DNA of 64,000 nucleotides from Octopus sinensis (GCF_006345805.1 NC_043013.1:19778001-19842000); one strand, 5' to 3'. Shown: positions 1 through 12,513, numbered from the stretch's first letter. Notes: generated by a model not told the origin, from the letters alone. Made by a program: numbers and translations.

Positions 1-360
1 GAAGAAGGAGGAGAAACAGGATGAAGAGAAAAAAGAGGAGAAAGACGAAGAGAAGAAAGGGTAGGATGATGATGATGATGATGATGAGGGGGAGGAGGAG
101 GAGGGGGAGGAGGAGGAGTAAAAGAGCGTCGAGGAAAGAATTGATAAAGAGAGCGAGTTTTTGTTTACAGGGAGTAGAATAAGTTCAAGAAAACAAAATG
201 ATGGTTACGGCATGCAGTGCATTACAGAAAAAGGAAACTGAAGAAGGAAGAAGTGGAGGGGGAGCAGAAGAAAAAGGAGAAAAAAGAAGAGGAAAATGAA
301 AAAGATGAAAACGAGAAAGAAAACGAAAAGATGATGGCAAAAAGAAGATGAAGACAAAGA
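1..360. repeat. Purine-rich low-complexity tract (GAA/GGA/GAT)
   Basis: Almost only G/A with (GAT)n and (GGA)n runs. Confidence 0.9.
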
Positions 361-611
361 ATCACATTATTGCCCAGTAGCAGCCATATATATGAGAAAG
401 AATGCGTTATTAAAGAGGATTTTACAATGTATATAGGGATGTAAAAATGTGATAAACGACAGTTGTACCCAGAATGTGTTAAAAGGAAATAAAATTAACT
501 AAGGGAAATAATTCATTACAGCCTATTCCTTAAATCGGTATGACTAAGCTATGGCGTGACGTACTGAATTCTTTGAGACAAAACAGTTTTCAATTTAAAT
601 TTACTTATTAA

Positions 612-648
612 AACAGCGAGCTGCCAGAAACGTTAGCACGCTGGACAC
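612..648 (+). mobile_element. SINE family S1 head fragment
   Basis: gagctgccagaaacgttagcacgc matches the 5' head of the fuller copies at 19746 and 21020. Confidence 0.7.
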
Positions 649-651
649 TAC

Positions 652-811
652 AATTCCAAGGAATATAATGCTCTTAGCTTAGTCTTTCCTCAGGGCTGGC
701 CAGATTGTAGCAATCTCAAGTATAACTAGCCGAAATTGCAAAGATAATCTGGAAATCGACTGAGGAAAGCAAACTCCGAATGACTCGTCATTGTTTTCTT
801 TGTATCTTCTA

Positions 812-815
<4 letters not shown>
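652..815 (+). mobile_element. Small (TA)n-abutting element, family H2, probable PLE pseudo-LTR derivative
   Basis: Homologous along its length to 34066-34260; ends in (TA)n; carries a hammerhead-like motif. Confidence 0.65.
694..766 (+). ncRNA. Strand-reordered hammerhead-like motif (H2 copy 1; stem I partly decayed)
   Basis: GGCTG694-698/TAGCC727-731; CCAGATT700-706/AATCTGG746-752; GCAAT710-714/ATTGC735-739; C715 as H17; GAA732-734; CTGAGGA760-766; stem I only 3 of 5 pairs. Confidence 0.55.
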
Positions 816-853
<38 letters not shown>

Positions 854-858
<5 letters not shown>

Positions 859-1255
859 TTCTTCGTCTAGGCTTATAGGCCCTCTTTATTTGTTTTCCTG
901 TCCTGTTTCTATTCCTTCTTGTACTATATTTTTTGTAATTGTATTTTTATTTTGTATTTGTTTTTAATTGTATTGTTTTTACGTCCTGTTTTTGTCACAT
1001 TCTTTTTCCTTGTTTTTACCCCTCTGCAAAGGAATTTTATTTAATTCTTTCGCAGGAAGGACTATTTCGACGAGACGTGTTCTGTCCTCACCTTCGAAAC
1101 ACGCTGGAGTTGTTGAACTAGGGACAGCTGATGAAGGGGATTTTTCCTTGTGTAGTTGTCTTGTACTCTGTTTTTTCGTTGTTAAAAAATGGTCCGTTCC
1201 ATGCTGTTTTTACGTTTTCGTTTCTCGTTGAGTTCTACGTCTATTTGTGGTGTCC
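854..1255 (+). mobile_element. Small (TA)n-flanked element, family H1, probable PLE pseudo-LTR derivative
   Basis: About 400 bp of T-rich sequence between two (TA)n tracts; carries a hammerhead-like motif. Confidence 0.6.
1056..1134 (+). ncRNA. Strand-reordered hammerhead-like motif (H1)
   Basis: GAAGG1056-60/CCTTC1091-95; 1062-73/1110-21 (11 of 12 pairs); CGTGT1076-80/ACACG1099-1103; T1081 as H17; CTGTCC1082-87/GGACAG1122-27; GAA1096-98; CTGATGA1128-34. Confidence 0.6.
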
Positions 1256-1470
1256 TATACACACGTATATATATTTATATATGCATGTATATATACATGT
1301 AGATGTAGGTACGTACATATATGTTTGTATGTATGCATATATTTTATTTATTACACTATTGTATGACTGAGCGCCTTCGCGTCGATTCGATTCGTTTGAT
1401 TTCGTTTCGTTTCTTCTTCTTCTCAAAGCTGGTTTATATATATATATGTATGTATATATATATTTATGTA

Positions 1471-1599
1471 AGAATTTTCGCGTAATAAGATAAAAAAACA
1501 AGGCTGTACAGATATTAGAGCATTTATAGATAGAAGGTCTTAAATGCTCTAATATCTATACATCCTTGGTTTTCTTTATCCTATTACGCAAAAAATTCT
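1471..1599. repeat. Imperfect inverted repeat (about 56-bp arms, 14-nt loop)
   Basis: 1471-1526 is the reverse complement of 1541-1599 with few mismatches or indels; core agatattagagcattta/taaatgctctaatatct is perfect. Confidence 0.9.
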
Positions 1600-1734
1600 T
1601 ATATACACACGTTGAACCCTTTATTCGCAATATTACCGAATCTGGAACATAACTATGGTCTGTCTATAGCACTTATTCAGCATTACCTGTCACATTTTGG
1701 TCTCAATGACACCATCATCTCTTATAACCTCAAC

Positions 1735-1827
<93 letters not shown>

Positions 1828-2214
1828 TATACATACATATATATATGTATATATGTATGTATGCTTGTATGTATGTATATATATTCAGGGATAGAGAGAG
1901 GGGAGTAGAACTAATCAGATATCATCACCAAAACTATGATAAAATTGCAAGAGAGACTGAAAAGAAAACAGAGGAACCAAACCCAAGCAAGGAACTGGCT
2001 GACGATGAAGCATCTTCAGATGAAGGATTCACAGATGTTACGAAGAAAATAAGGAAGAGAAAAAATTCCCTCTTCACCGCCCCAGACATTAGTCCCACTT
2101 TATACCCATAACCTCCACAAGATATACGTGAATTTCGGTTTTCATGATAATCATTTGCGACTGCCACCCACGCATTCAACTTATTGTTTTATGCCGGAGG
2201 AGTCGTAGTTACTA

Positions 2215-4526
2215 GCAGACTAGGTATTTCTCAAAGAAATAGGAACAGTTGTGGAAATGGAGATTAGAAAATACAGTAAAGAATTTGAGACTAAGTTTGA
2301 ATAGAATAGAAGCTTGGGAACAACACAAGTTAGGAAACAAAAAAGATTTAAATCTTCTCTTGACAAAAATTGGATTTTGGACAGTCATGACAGTATCGTA
2401 GCAATAACAGGTAAGCTTTCCAAATATGAGAAAAGAATCGATCAGTATCAACAAAACAGATTATTTGAGAGACACCTGAGGAGATTTTATCGCCAAATAA
2501 ATAGAAGAAAGTACTGAAGATGAGAAGCCTAATGCAAAAGAAGCTAGAAAGTTCTGGAACGATATTTGAGATAAGACAGTTAATCATAATGAGAATGCAG
2601 CATGGTTAAAGAAAAATGAGAGAAGACGTTTTTAGTTGGAAGTAGCCAGAGCTGACACTAACTAGTGTATTAATGAGTAAAGTGTTAGAAAGAATGCAGA
2701 ATTGGAGGTTGTTGGAAGAAGGCTGAAGGAACGAAGCAGTGAAATCTAGAAAGAAAAAATTAACAATGACATGGATGGATTATGCGAAAGCCTATGAGAG
2801 GATTTAACGCTCGTAGATAAACGAATGTTTGAGTATATTCAGCTTTGGAGACACGATAAGAGATTTAATTAGCTTATAGCATGAAGAAATGTAAAGTAGA
2901 TCTTTACTCATGTAATATAGCCTTAGGAAAAGCTAATATTATAAAAGAAAATTTCCAGGGAGACTCGTTATGCCTTTTTATATTTCATGTTATGTTTAAT
3001 CCCCCACAGTTTAGTATTAAGGAAGTCAATGGCAGTTTAGAGAAAGTAAGGAAAAAATTAACCATTTGCTGTGTCTGAGTGACATGAAGCTCTTTTGTAA
3101 GAATAAAATGAGAATGATTCTTTAATACAAAGAGTAAGACTCTTCAGCAAATATATATTGGTCACAGAAATATTAGTCATAGAAAAGGACAGGTAGTCAG
3201 CAATAAAGAGATTTAGTTACCAGATGGCCATACTTTAAAATCATTGAGAGAGAGAAAAACTTATGGGTATTAGAATCTGACAGAGTACTAAGTACAGATA
3301 TGAAAGAGAGAGATGAGAATATCACATGGATGAAGAAGTAAATGAAGTCAAAACTAAATGGTTTGAATCTAGTGAAGTCTGTAAATACTTGGGCAGTACC
3401 GTTACTTAGATACTCAGCAGCTTTTGTAAATTAGACAAAATCTGGATTAGCAAATCTAGTCAGAATTACTAAGAAATAATTTAATATAAATATAAGACTT
3501 TTTGTTAAAGCAGAAGTAGCAAGATTATATTTACTTAGAAGTGAAGATGGAAAAGGTTTAATATCAGTAGAAGACTGTGTTAGTTATCCAGAGTAGACAT
3601 AACCTCCAATGTTGGTGGCAGTGGGGGAAATTTTATTCAGAGCTGCTAGATTGAAAGTAAGAAATGGAGAAAACAAAAAGTCATATATGTTTAAAAATCA
3701 GAAAAAAGAAGCAATGTTATCTGACTTGCAAGAGAAGGCTTTGCATGGCATATTTCGAAGGATTTTTGCAGAAAATAGAAATAATGAATCATGGTTGTGT
3801 TTTCATAAAAGAAAGTTAAAACGGGAAACCGAGTGTTTCTTAGTAGAAGCACAAAATCAAACATTGAGGACTAATTGGATAAAATCCCAGATAGACAAAA
3901 ATCAGTTAGATTCTTAGTGTAGGTTATGTAAATCGAAAGAGGAAAGTGTTATTTTAAATAGTTAGTGTATGTAGTATGCTGTCACAGAAGGAATACAAGA
4001 AAGATATAGTAGCATAGGGAAAATGATCCACTGAAACTTATGTAGAAAGCTAGGATTTGACCGCTCTGATAAGTCGTATGAACATGGACCTAATAAAGTG
4101 TCTGAGAGAAGTATAAAGTGTGGGATTTCAACATTCAAACTGACAGACTAATAGAAGCTAGAAGGCCTAACTTAGTAGTAATAGACCAAGAGAATAGAGA
4201 GTGCCAGGTAATTGACTTTACAATCCCAAATGATGAGAAAGTCAATATGAGAGGCATAGAGAAAACAGCAGCGTACCAGGACCTAGTCATTGAGTTAAAA
4301 AGGCTGTGGAAAGAGCGGGTAAAATGTATCCATAGGTGCATTAGGAACTATTCCTAAAGATTTGAAAAGATGGATAGAGGAAACACGTATAAAACTTAGT
4401 GCAGCTTCAGAAAACAGCATTATTAGGGGCAGCTAGGATACTTAGGAAGATGCTTAGCATCCAAGGTTATCTGTTTCAGCCGGATGTTAGGAATTTTTTC
4501 CAGCACTCCGATCTGGTGTGCGTTTT
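2215..4526 (+). mobile_element. Degenerate R4/Dong-type RLE non-LTR retrotransposon
   Basis: Broken frames give KYEKRIDQYQQNRLFE, MDYAKAY, VNTWAVPLLRYSA, KALHGIF, KRETECFLVEAQNQTLRTN, CRLC, WDFNIQTDRLIEARRPNLVVID; followed by (AAT)n. Confidence 0.9.
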
Positions 4527-4613
4527 TAATAATAATAAAAAAATAATAATAATAAAAATAATAATAACAACAATAATAATAATAATAATGATTACAATAA
4601 TAATAATAGTAGC

Positions 4614-4650
<37 letters not shown>

Positions 4651-4656
4651 ATGATG

Positions 4657-4690
<34 letters not shown>

Positions 4691-6636
4691 TAATCCTTTT
4701 TACCATAGACATACGGTCCTAAATTTTTGAGGGAAGGGGACAAGTCGATTGCATCAGCTCCAGTACCCGGCGGAATTTGAACTCAGAACGTTAAGACAGA
4801 TGAAACACCGCTAAAACATTAATCAGGCCACACATTATGAGCAACCGATCAAATATGCAGTTCAATCCATTACTGTTATGGAATTTAACGATACTCTGTA
4901 AAGATGACGGGCAAACATTTGTCAGGTTATTAAAGAAAACTTTTATAATCATTTACTCGTTCATCATCATCATCGTCATCATCACGATCCTCCACTTTTT
5001 CATCCTCTAACTCCACCTCCTCCTCGTCGTCGTCGTCGTCATCATCATCATCATCATTATCATTACCATGAATGACAAACCACCTCCTTCATTTTCTATT
5101 TACAAATTTCTCACAAGCACACAAACGTACCCACGCACACGCGCACACATAGACAAACACACACATATTAAACTCCATGAAGCGCTCCCCCCAGCGTCTT
5201 CCCCCATAACCCGTCACATTACTAATAACCCCCTCCCCCCGCCCCGCCGCCGCTGCAGCCCCACGAAACATTCCTCCTGTGACCATCAACACCACATACT
5301 TCATTGCAGCAGCTGCGTTGGTTAAACAGTCAACAACATGATTTAATTAGATAACTAATACAACAAAAATACTAATTACTCCATTTCTACCATTTCGTTG
5401 CAATACTTTACAAATTTATAACATTGAACATTATTTTTTTTTCAATTTAAATTATTTGCGATTTAAAATGAATTTAGAGTTATTTTTAGATAATTTTTTT
5501 TACCAAGTTGTCTAAATATTTTATATTAACCTTTTTTAAATATTTTTTTTTCAGTTGAAATAATGTTATAAATTAATCTTTCTCGCTAATGCTGAGCTGA
5601 TAGCATTGATTCTGGCATTGTCATTTATTTCACCAATCAGATAATGCAAACATGCTTGCACACACAAACATATGCGCGCGCACTCATACACACTGTAATA
5701 AAACCAAGGTTCTCTTCAGGCTATCTAGATGTTTGACCGCCCGCCAGGCAGATTAAAACTTTGCTGTAAAGTATAAATCATATTAAACTTGTCTAACTAA
5801 TCAGATTTTCGTTCGTAAACACACAAAAAACTATCTTGAGTTACGACTAAAGACTAACGAATGATAGCTGATATGGCCAATAATCTGAGACAGATTTATA
5901 GCGAAACAATTGGAAACGTTGGCGGGTATGTATATGTGAGTTTGTGTACGAGTGACAAGAGAAACAGCGAGTGAGCAAATATAGTATTCAGGGTGTTAGG
6001 TTAGACTTAGCATGTATTTAATAACAGATTGACTCAGCTTCTCTTCAGTTGAAGTTTTGTGGGCGTAGGGCACGTCCTTCTCGCCAGATGTCTTCGAAAA
6101 CAGAGAGAAAAGAATTGAAAAGAAATTAAAAATGGCTTCTGTACATTTAGGCCAACTCATCTAGCAGCTTTTGTCATCTTATAGTATGTATGCTTAATCA
6201 CGTCTACACGTTCTGAGCTTAAATCTCACCTAGAGTCAACTTTGGTTTTCTTTCTTATGAAGTCGACTGAGAACCAGACAAGTGTTAGAAACTGTTCAAC
6301 TGCCGATTGTGTTCGCCTCCAAAATATTTGATTTTGTTCCACTACTGGAAACTATTTGAAACACCGAGTTAAGTTGGATAGCAGAATTGGTAGAGAATAA
6401 GACAAAAAGGCTTTATAATATTTGGTTACTGTCCTTTAAATTATGAGTTCAAATCTCGTCGAGGTCAACATTGCCTTTCTTCTTTCCAGAGTCGATACTA
6501 TAAAGCACCAATAAAGAAGTGGAATCGATTTAGTTAACGTTATACTTCCTTCAGCTAAAATGCCAGACCTTTGTGAGAAAGCAATATTACATGAAGCAAG
6601 ACTGAATTAGGTGGAGTAGATTCTCAGTCAGCTCTG

Positions 6637-6905
6637 TCATAGGGTCCTATGAGAAGCAATCGTCATTAAACTTTTCTGAATGTCTTTTGCTCGGTTTTCT
6701 TCCAATTGAATTACGTTGAAGAATCTCTTTTGGTGATCCTTTTCAGCGATGTTCTTCACATGTCTGTAGCACCGGAGCCGATTCTTTTCAGTACTGACAA
6801 ATAGCAAATTACCGCGAAGACTCCCCCTAATCTCCATGCTTCCCACTCTGTCGGGTAACGTTACTCCAAGGATTATTCGGAAGAATTCCATTTCGGTCGG
6901 CACTT
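6637..6905 (-). mobile_element. RTE-clade LINE fragment (C-terminal RT/thumb region)
   Basis: EMEFFRIILGVTLPDRVGSMEIR...RLRCYRHVK resembles the RTE EM.FLR.I.GV...DR.R...IR...LRW.GHV motif. Confidence 0.75.
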
Positions 6906-7018
6906 GTATTCACGTTCGTTATCTTTCAGTCAATGAATACCGGTATGAATGTATTCATATGAAAGTATGTACACAATTATATGCACGCGCACGCACAGGC
7001 ATACATACAGACAGACAG

Positions 7019-7054
<36 letters not shown>

Positions 7055-7151
7055 GCGTAAGATTTAGCTGAATGTATATATTTTTGGGCATGTATGTATA
7101 CACTTATATTTAAATGTATGCATTCATTTATATGCATATATATGTATGTAC

Positions 7152-7530
7152 ATGATTCCGGGTTCCGTCCCACTGCGTGGCACCTTGGGCAAGTGTCTTC
7201 TACTATAGCCTCTAGCCAACCAAATCCTTGTGAGTGGATTTGGTAGACGGAAACTGAAAGAAGTCTGTCGTATATATGTATACATATATATGTGTGTGTG
7301 TATGTGTGTGTGTGTGTATGTGTGTTTATGTTTGTGTGTCTGTGTTTGTCCCCCCCAACATCGCTTGACAACCGATGCTGGTGTGTTTACGTCCCCGTAA
7401 CTTAGCGGTTCTGCAAAAGAGACCGATAGAATAAGTAGTAGGCTTAAAAAGAATAAGTCGTGTGGTCGATTTTCTCAACTAAAGGCGGTGCTCCGGCATG
7501 GCCACTGTCAAATGACTGAAACAAGTAAAA
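7152..7530 (+). mobile_element. SINE family S2 (tRNA-like head, internal TG/TA microsatellite, tail)
   Basis: gggttccgtcccactgcgtggcaccttgggcaagtgtc head and ...aaatgactgaaacaagtaaaag tail; many copies in the window. Confidence 0.9.
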
Positions 7531-7635
7531 GAGTGTGTGTATGTGTATATATGCATACAAACATACATATATACATACATACATGCATACATACATACAT
7601 ACATGCATACATACATACATACATACATACATACA

Positions 7636-7670
<35 letters not shown>

Positions 7671-9104
7671 GTGTGTGTGCATATATGCAAGTATGTTTGT
7701 ATATATGTTTGTATGCGTGGGTAGATGTATATATAATGATGTTGTAGTTGTTTAACCCCAGCATGTTTTGTAGACTATTACATCCAGGATCACTTTTATA
7801 TTGAGTAGCAGTTTATTGTGATCTTATGTATAGATTTACAGTGCTGCGGTTTGTAATGTATTTGTGACTCTGAAGAGGAAGACCAGGCTTAATAAAAGGG
7901 CCAAGGATATGATTTCGCCTGAGAAGATCTCCAAACACTGTGAAATTTAATAGCGTTAGTGTGATGTTCTTGCTTCGCGGAGAAATATTATATTCTTTCC
8001 TTGGTATGTGTAGCAATTGTGTCTTTGTTATGTTGACGGCTACTAACTTGAACTAGCACTACTGGTAGATGACTTCAAGTGTCCTAAACCCAGAGTCAGC
8101 GCAGTCTGGCCGAACGATGTCCAAGTTTCATGTTGACGATTAAGGGAAGAAGTTTAGAGAAGAATAAAGGAATAAAGAATGACACCATCTGTATAAGTGT
8201 GTGGCGCTGTGAGGGGTGGGGCGTAGTTTATGAATAAAAGGTAAAATGGTGGAGACAAAACCGGGTTTTGGAGCACTGCAGCCGAATTGATAGTTCGTGA
8301 GAGGGATTCCATTCTTCTAGTATAAACTGTTCATTTTCCTTCCTCAGATTTTACACACGTCTTAAACGCATAAGCACAGATATATACATCAATATTGACA
8401 GTAATATGCATACATACATTTACACATACATACGAACGTACATACGTACATACATTTACACATGTATATATGCGAGCATACATCTATTTACACATACATA
8501 TATACATAGATGCATACATACATATACACTAGCTGTCACACACACACACACGCATAATTTATAATTTATCCTTAATCATAAGCGTTTAATTTAACACTAA
8601 TTACGATTCATAATCTGCGATTCCTCTAATCCAGAGAGTCAGAGAAATATCAGTAGGATACTGCTCGCTGTCAAATGTAAATTAGAGCCGCTTATCTTCC
8701 ATTCATTTAATCGTTACTAAATTCTCAAACACTCTTAAAGGACATGACAGAACAAATTCTGTTGTCCGGCTTCTCTTGGATAATAGCGCTTATGCTTAAT
8801 ATTATGAGAACTAAATTTGTTCAGAATCCTCTATAATCAGTAGATCAATTTTTAGAGCAACGCATACAGACGTTCATGGACACCAGTACAGGGATCCACT
8901 TTTCTTCTTGTCTAGGCCGTTGTTGTAATTGCCTTATTTTACATGATATCCCTGTCCCTCTCTCATCCTCTCTCTCTCTCTCTCTCAGTTTATATGTATA
9001 CATATGCATGCATGCATTTATGTTTGTTTATATACCGAGGTTCCATAAAACAGCACAAAAAAACACGGCCAATTACCAAATTTACGTAAACATTCATTAC
9101 TCTT

Positions 9105-9445
9105 TTTACTCTTTACTCTTTTACTTGTTTCAGTCAGTTGACTGCGGCCATGCTGGAGCACCGCCTTTAGTCGAGTAACTCGACCCCAGGACTTATTCTT
9201 TGTGAGCCCAGTACTCATTCTATCGGTCTCTTTTTGCCGAACCGCTAAGTGACGGGGACATAAACACACCAGCATCGGTTGTCAAGCAATGCTAGGGGGA
9301 CAAACACAGATACACAAACATACACGCAAACATATATATATATATATATATATATACGACGGGCTTCTTTCAGTTTCCGTCTACCAAATCCACTCAAAAG
9401 GTTTTGGTCGGCCCGAGTCTATAGTAGAAGACACTTGCCCAAGGT
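9105..9445 (-). mobile_element. SINE family S2
   Basis: Reverse complement of the 7152-7530 type. Confidence 0.9.
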
Positions 9446-10203
9446 AAACATTCATTGTTTCAAATTATTAGCAAAGTGTAATTAAAACTCATGTAAACAA
9501 GTAAATACCAATTTCATTGTTTGATGTACATACTGAATTGAACACATACAGTCATAAAAATGGAAGAAGTGGAAATAAGCAAATAAACAGCGTTCAAAAA
9601 TGATAGGTGAGCTGGTTTGTAAGGGGTGGATGAGCCTTTGTTTGGAACACTGAAAGTTGGTGGGAATCATGCAAATGACCACGGTTCTTTACACTTGCGC
9701 AAAACCTCACATTTTCTTTACAACCACGCGCATATAACTGTTGCTATTTTTCTGGGGAAAATTTCACTAAAATTCAACGAGTAGCTTTTAATAATTTGGA
9801 ACGTCATTAGAATTTAGAAACTTCAAGAGAATGTGACGTAATGCAATTTCTGGAACGGTGGAACTCGAAGTAGAAAAGCTATAACTATTGACGTGTAAAT
9901 ATTGCGTTGAAGAAACTTTTGGACAAAGAATGGTAAAGCCGCGAATAGGGTCCGAACCTACATCTACCGTATGTATCTATGTATTTATGTATATACCAAT
10001 GAGGTTTGAATGCGTCTTTTCGGCAACCCTGTATGCAACGGGAGTAAAACGTTTCTCTATCAGGTTCCACAGAGGGCGCTGTTGATTTAGAAACAATGTC
10101 AAATGAAGTGAGCAATATTGTATACAGGAATGTTTCCGGTATTAGACATTTTTCTTAAGTTTTATTTGGTTGCCCGAATGCCTAAATGATATGTATATAT
10201 ATA

Positions 10204-10284
<81 letters not shown>

Positions 10285-10484
10285 GTATATATATATATAT
10301 ATTGCAGTCTAAGAGGAACCGAGTTAGTAAATGTTTTTATTTTCATTTCACTAAATTTATCTAGCTTCTGTGTTTCTAGCACATATTTCGCCTTTTAATG
10401 TACTGATATATGAATAATATATGGCCTGAGCTAGTTTCACCAGCGATAATAATTAATTTTATTTTATCGCAATTTGACTTGTTT

Positions 10485-10526
<42 letters not shown>

Positions 10527-12028
10527 TATTTATTTGCAAGTAAGGATATTAATGCAAAACTAGGAGGAAGAAATTGTATTTGGTTACCAAAGGCAGAGTA
10601 ATATATTTGAAGCCTAAATAATCTTCACAAACTATTATTCATGGTTTAAGTTTACCGTTCGTTGGACAGTTGGGATCATAAAAGTATGATCACAAGTATG
10701 ATCAAACCTGAGCGACGAACACTCACGTTAAACTATGAATAACAGTTTGTGAAGATTTTTCGGCTATAATAAACAGTTTGTGTATTTGTGTGTGTGTGTG
10801 TAGTTTATTAAATACACGACCGTCTTCAAGTTTTATCTTTTCTTACATACATTTTTCATATTTTCCCTTTAGCATTTTAGCATTGGTTTGTAACTACAGA
10901 GGTCCTAACTCCATATTGAACGCTAATAGGCATTGATACTCTTATTTTCAAGAATTGGATTGAATATATTTCGCATCATTTTTGCTTCTTATACACCGTT
11001 GGTGCAACTACATGTACGACAGATGTATTCTGAAATATTGGCTGATCTGGCTATCCATAAAGAATACATGTCGGCTGGTACCACCGCTGGAACTACAGTT
11101 GCTTTGAAGGATGGTGTCTGTTTATAACAGGAAGATTAACGGACATTTTACTTGAGGTAACATTCTTTGATCACTGTTCATTTCAGCTTTGTGTCATACA
11201 GTTTATGCATATCTTCACGCAGACAAATGCACGCACACAAACTCACACAAACTCTCTGGCTGTCTGTCTGTATGTCTGTGTGTGTGTGTGTTTCTCTCTC
11301 TCACACACACACATACTATGCAGTTGCGTAGTTACTCATGCATGCTCTTATAAGAGTTTTATAAACCCACTCTCACATCGACATACATATCCATATAGAC
11401 ATATCCAGCTATTAAGACACATACATACTCATGGACATAGATGAATACTGACACGCAATCATGCACACAAACACACGCTTTCACACACACTCAGACAAAC
11501 ATACATACACATGCAGCTAATCGGAAGTAGATTGTGTTCGCGTTACGCATAAGCGGTTTTCTTTTGTGAATGAAACGAAATTTGCTGCATTTTATCTTCA
11601 TGATGGGTGAAATCTATGCGCGTACCAAATGTGTGTGTGTGTGTGTATGCGCGCACGTGTGTGCGTATATGTATGGATGTATATATATATATATATCTGT
11701 GTGTGTTTGAGCATGTATGTATAACCGTATATGTAAAGGTTTTCTAAATAGATAGACAGACAGATAGATAGACAGACAGATAGATAGATAGTTGTAACTG
11801 TGACTTCTTCATAATTATAAACGTTTTTCTTTATATTTTATGATGGCATGTTTGGCCATTGATATATTCATAAATAATCTTGATCATTTATAATAATTCC
11901 TTCGTAATGTTTTTACATTGCTCTTTACTTATATATATATATATATATAATATATATATATACATATTCTGTCTATCTATATCTATCTCACACATATTAT
12001 ATCTATCTATCTATCTATCTATCTATCT

Positions 12029-12091
<63 letters not shown>

Positions 12092-12092
12092 G

Positions 12093-12141
<49 letters not shown>

Positions 12142-12153
12142 ATCTATCTATAT

Positions 12154-12234
<81 letters not shown>

Positions 12235-12270
12235 GTATATATATTATCACATACATTATATCTATCAAAA

Positions 12271-12471
12271 TGTGACCTCGTGTGTACCGTTGGCGAGTTT
12301 TTTCCTCTGTCTACCCTTCTCGGGATCTTTCCTTCTCATATGTTTCCGACGAAGAGCTCCACTCGAAACGTTAAACCCTCCTTCTTTCCTTCGTTCCTGA
12401 GCGTCCAATAATACTATATTTGTTCCACGTCCTCGCGTTGTTGTGTTTTTTGTGCTTTCTTGTTTGGATTA

Positions 12472-12475
<4 letters not shown>
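12271..12475 (+). mobile_element. Small microsatellite-flanked element, family H3, with minimal HHR
   Basis: About 200 bp between TA/TATC tracts, containing the HHR motif. Confidence 0.65.
12342..12376 (+). ncRNA. Minimal type I hammerhead motif (C at position 4)
   Basis: GTTT-CCGACGA-A-GAG-ctcca-CTC-GAA-ACGT-T-AAAC: stem I GTTT/AAAC, stem II GAG/CTC, palindromic stem III ACGT. Confidence 0.65.

Positions 12476-12513
<38 letters not shown>

Noticed and set aside
1050-1140. HDV-like ribozyme reading of H1 (TCCTCAC resembles an L3 loop)
   Set aside because: No P3 closure or P1/P2 partners on either strand
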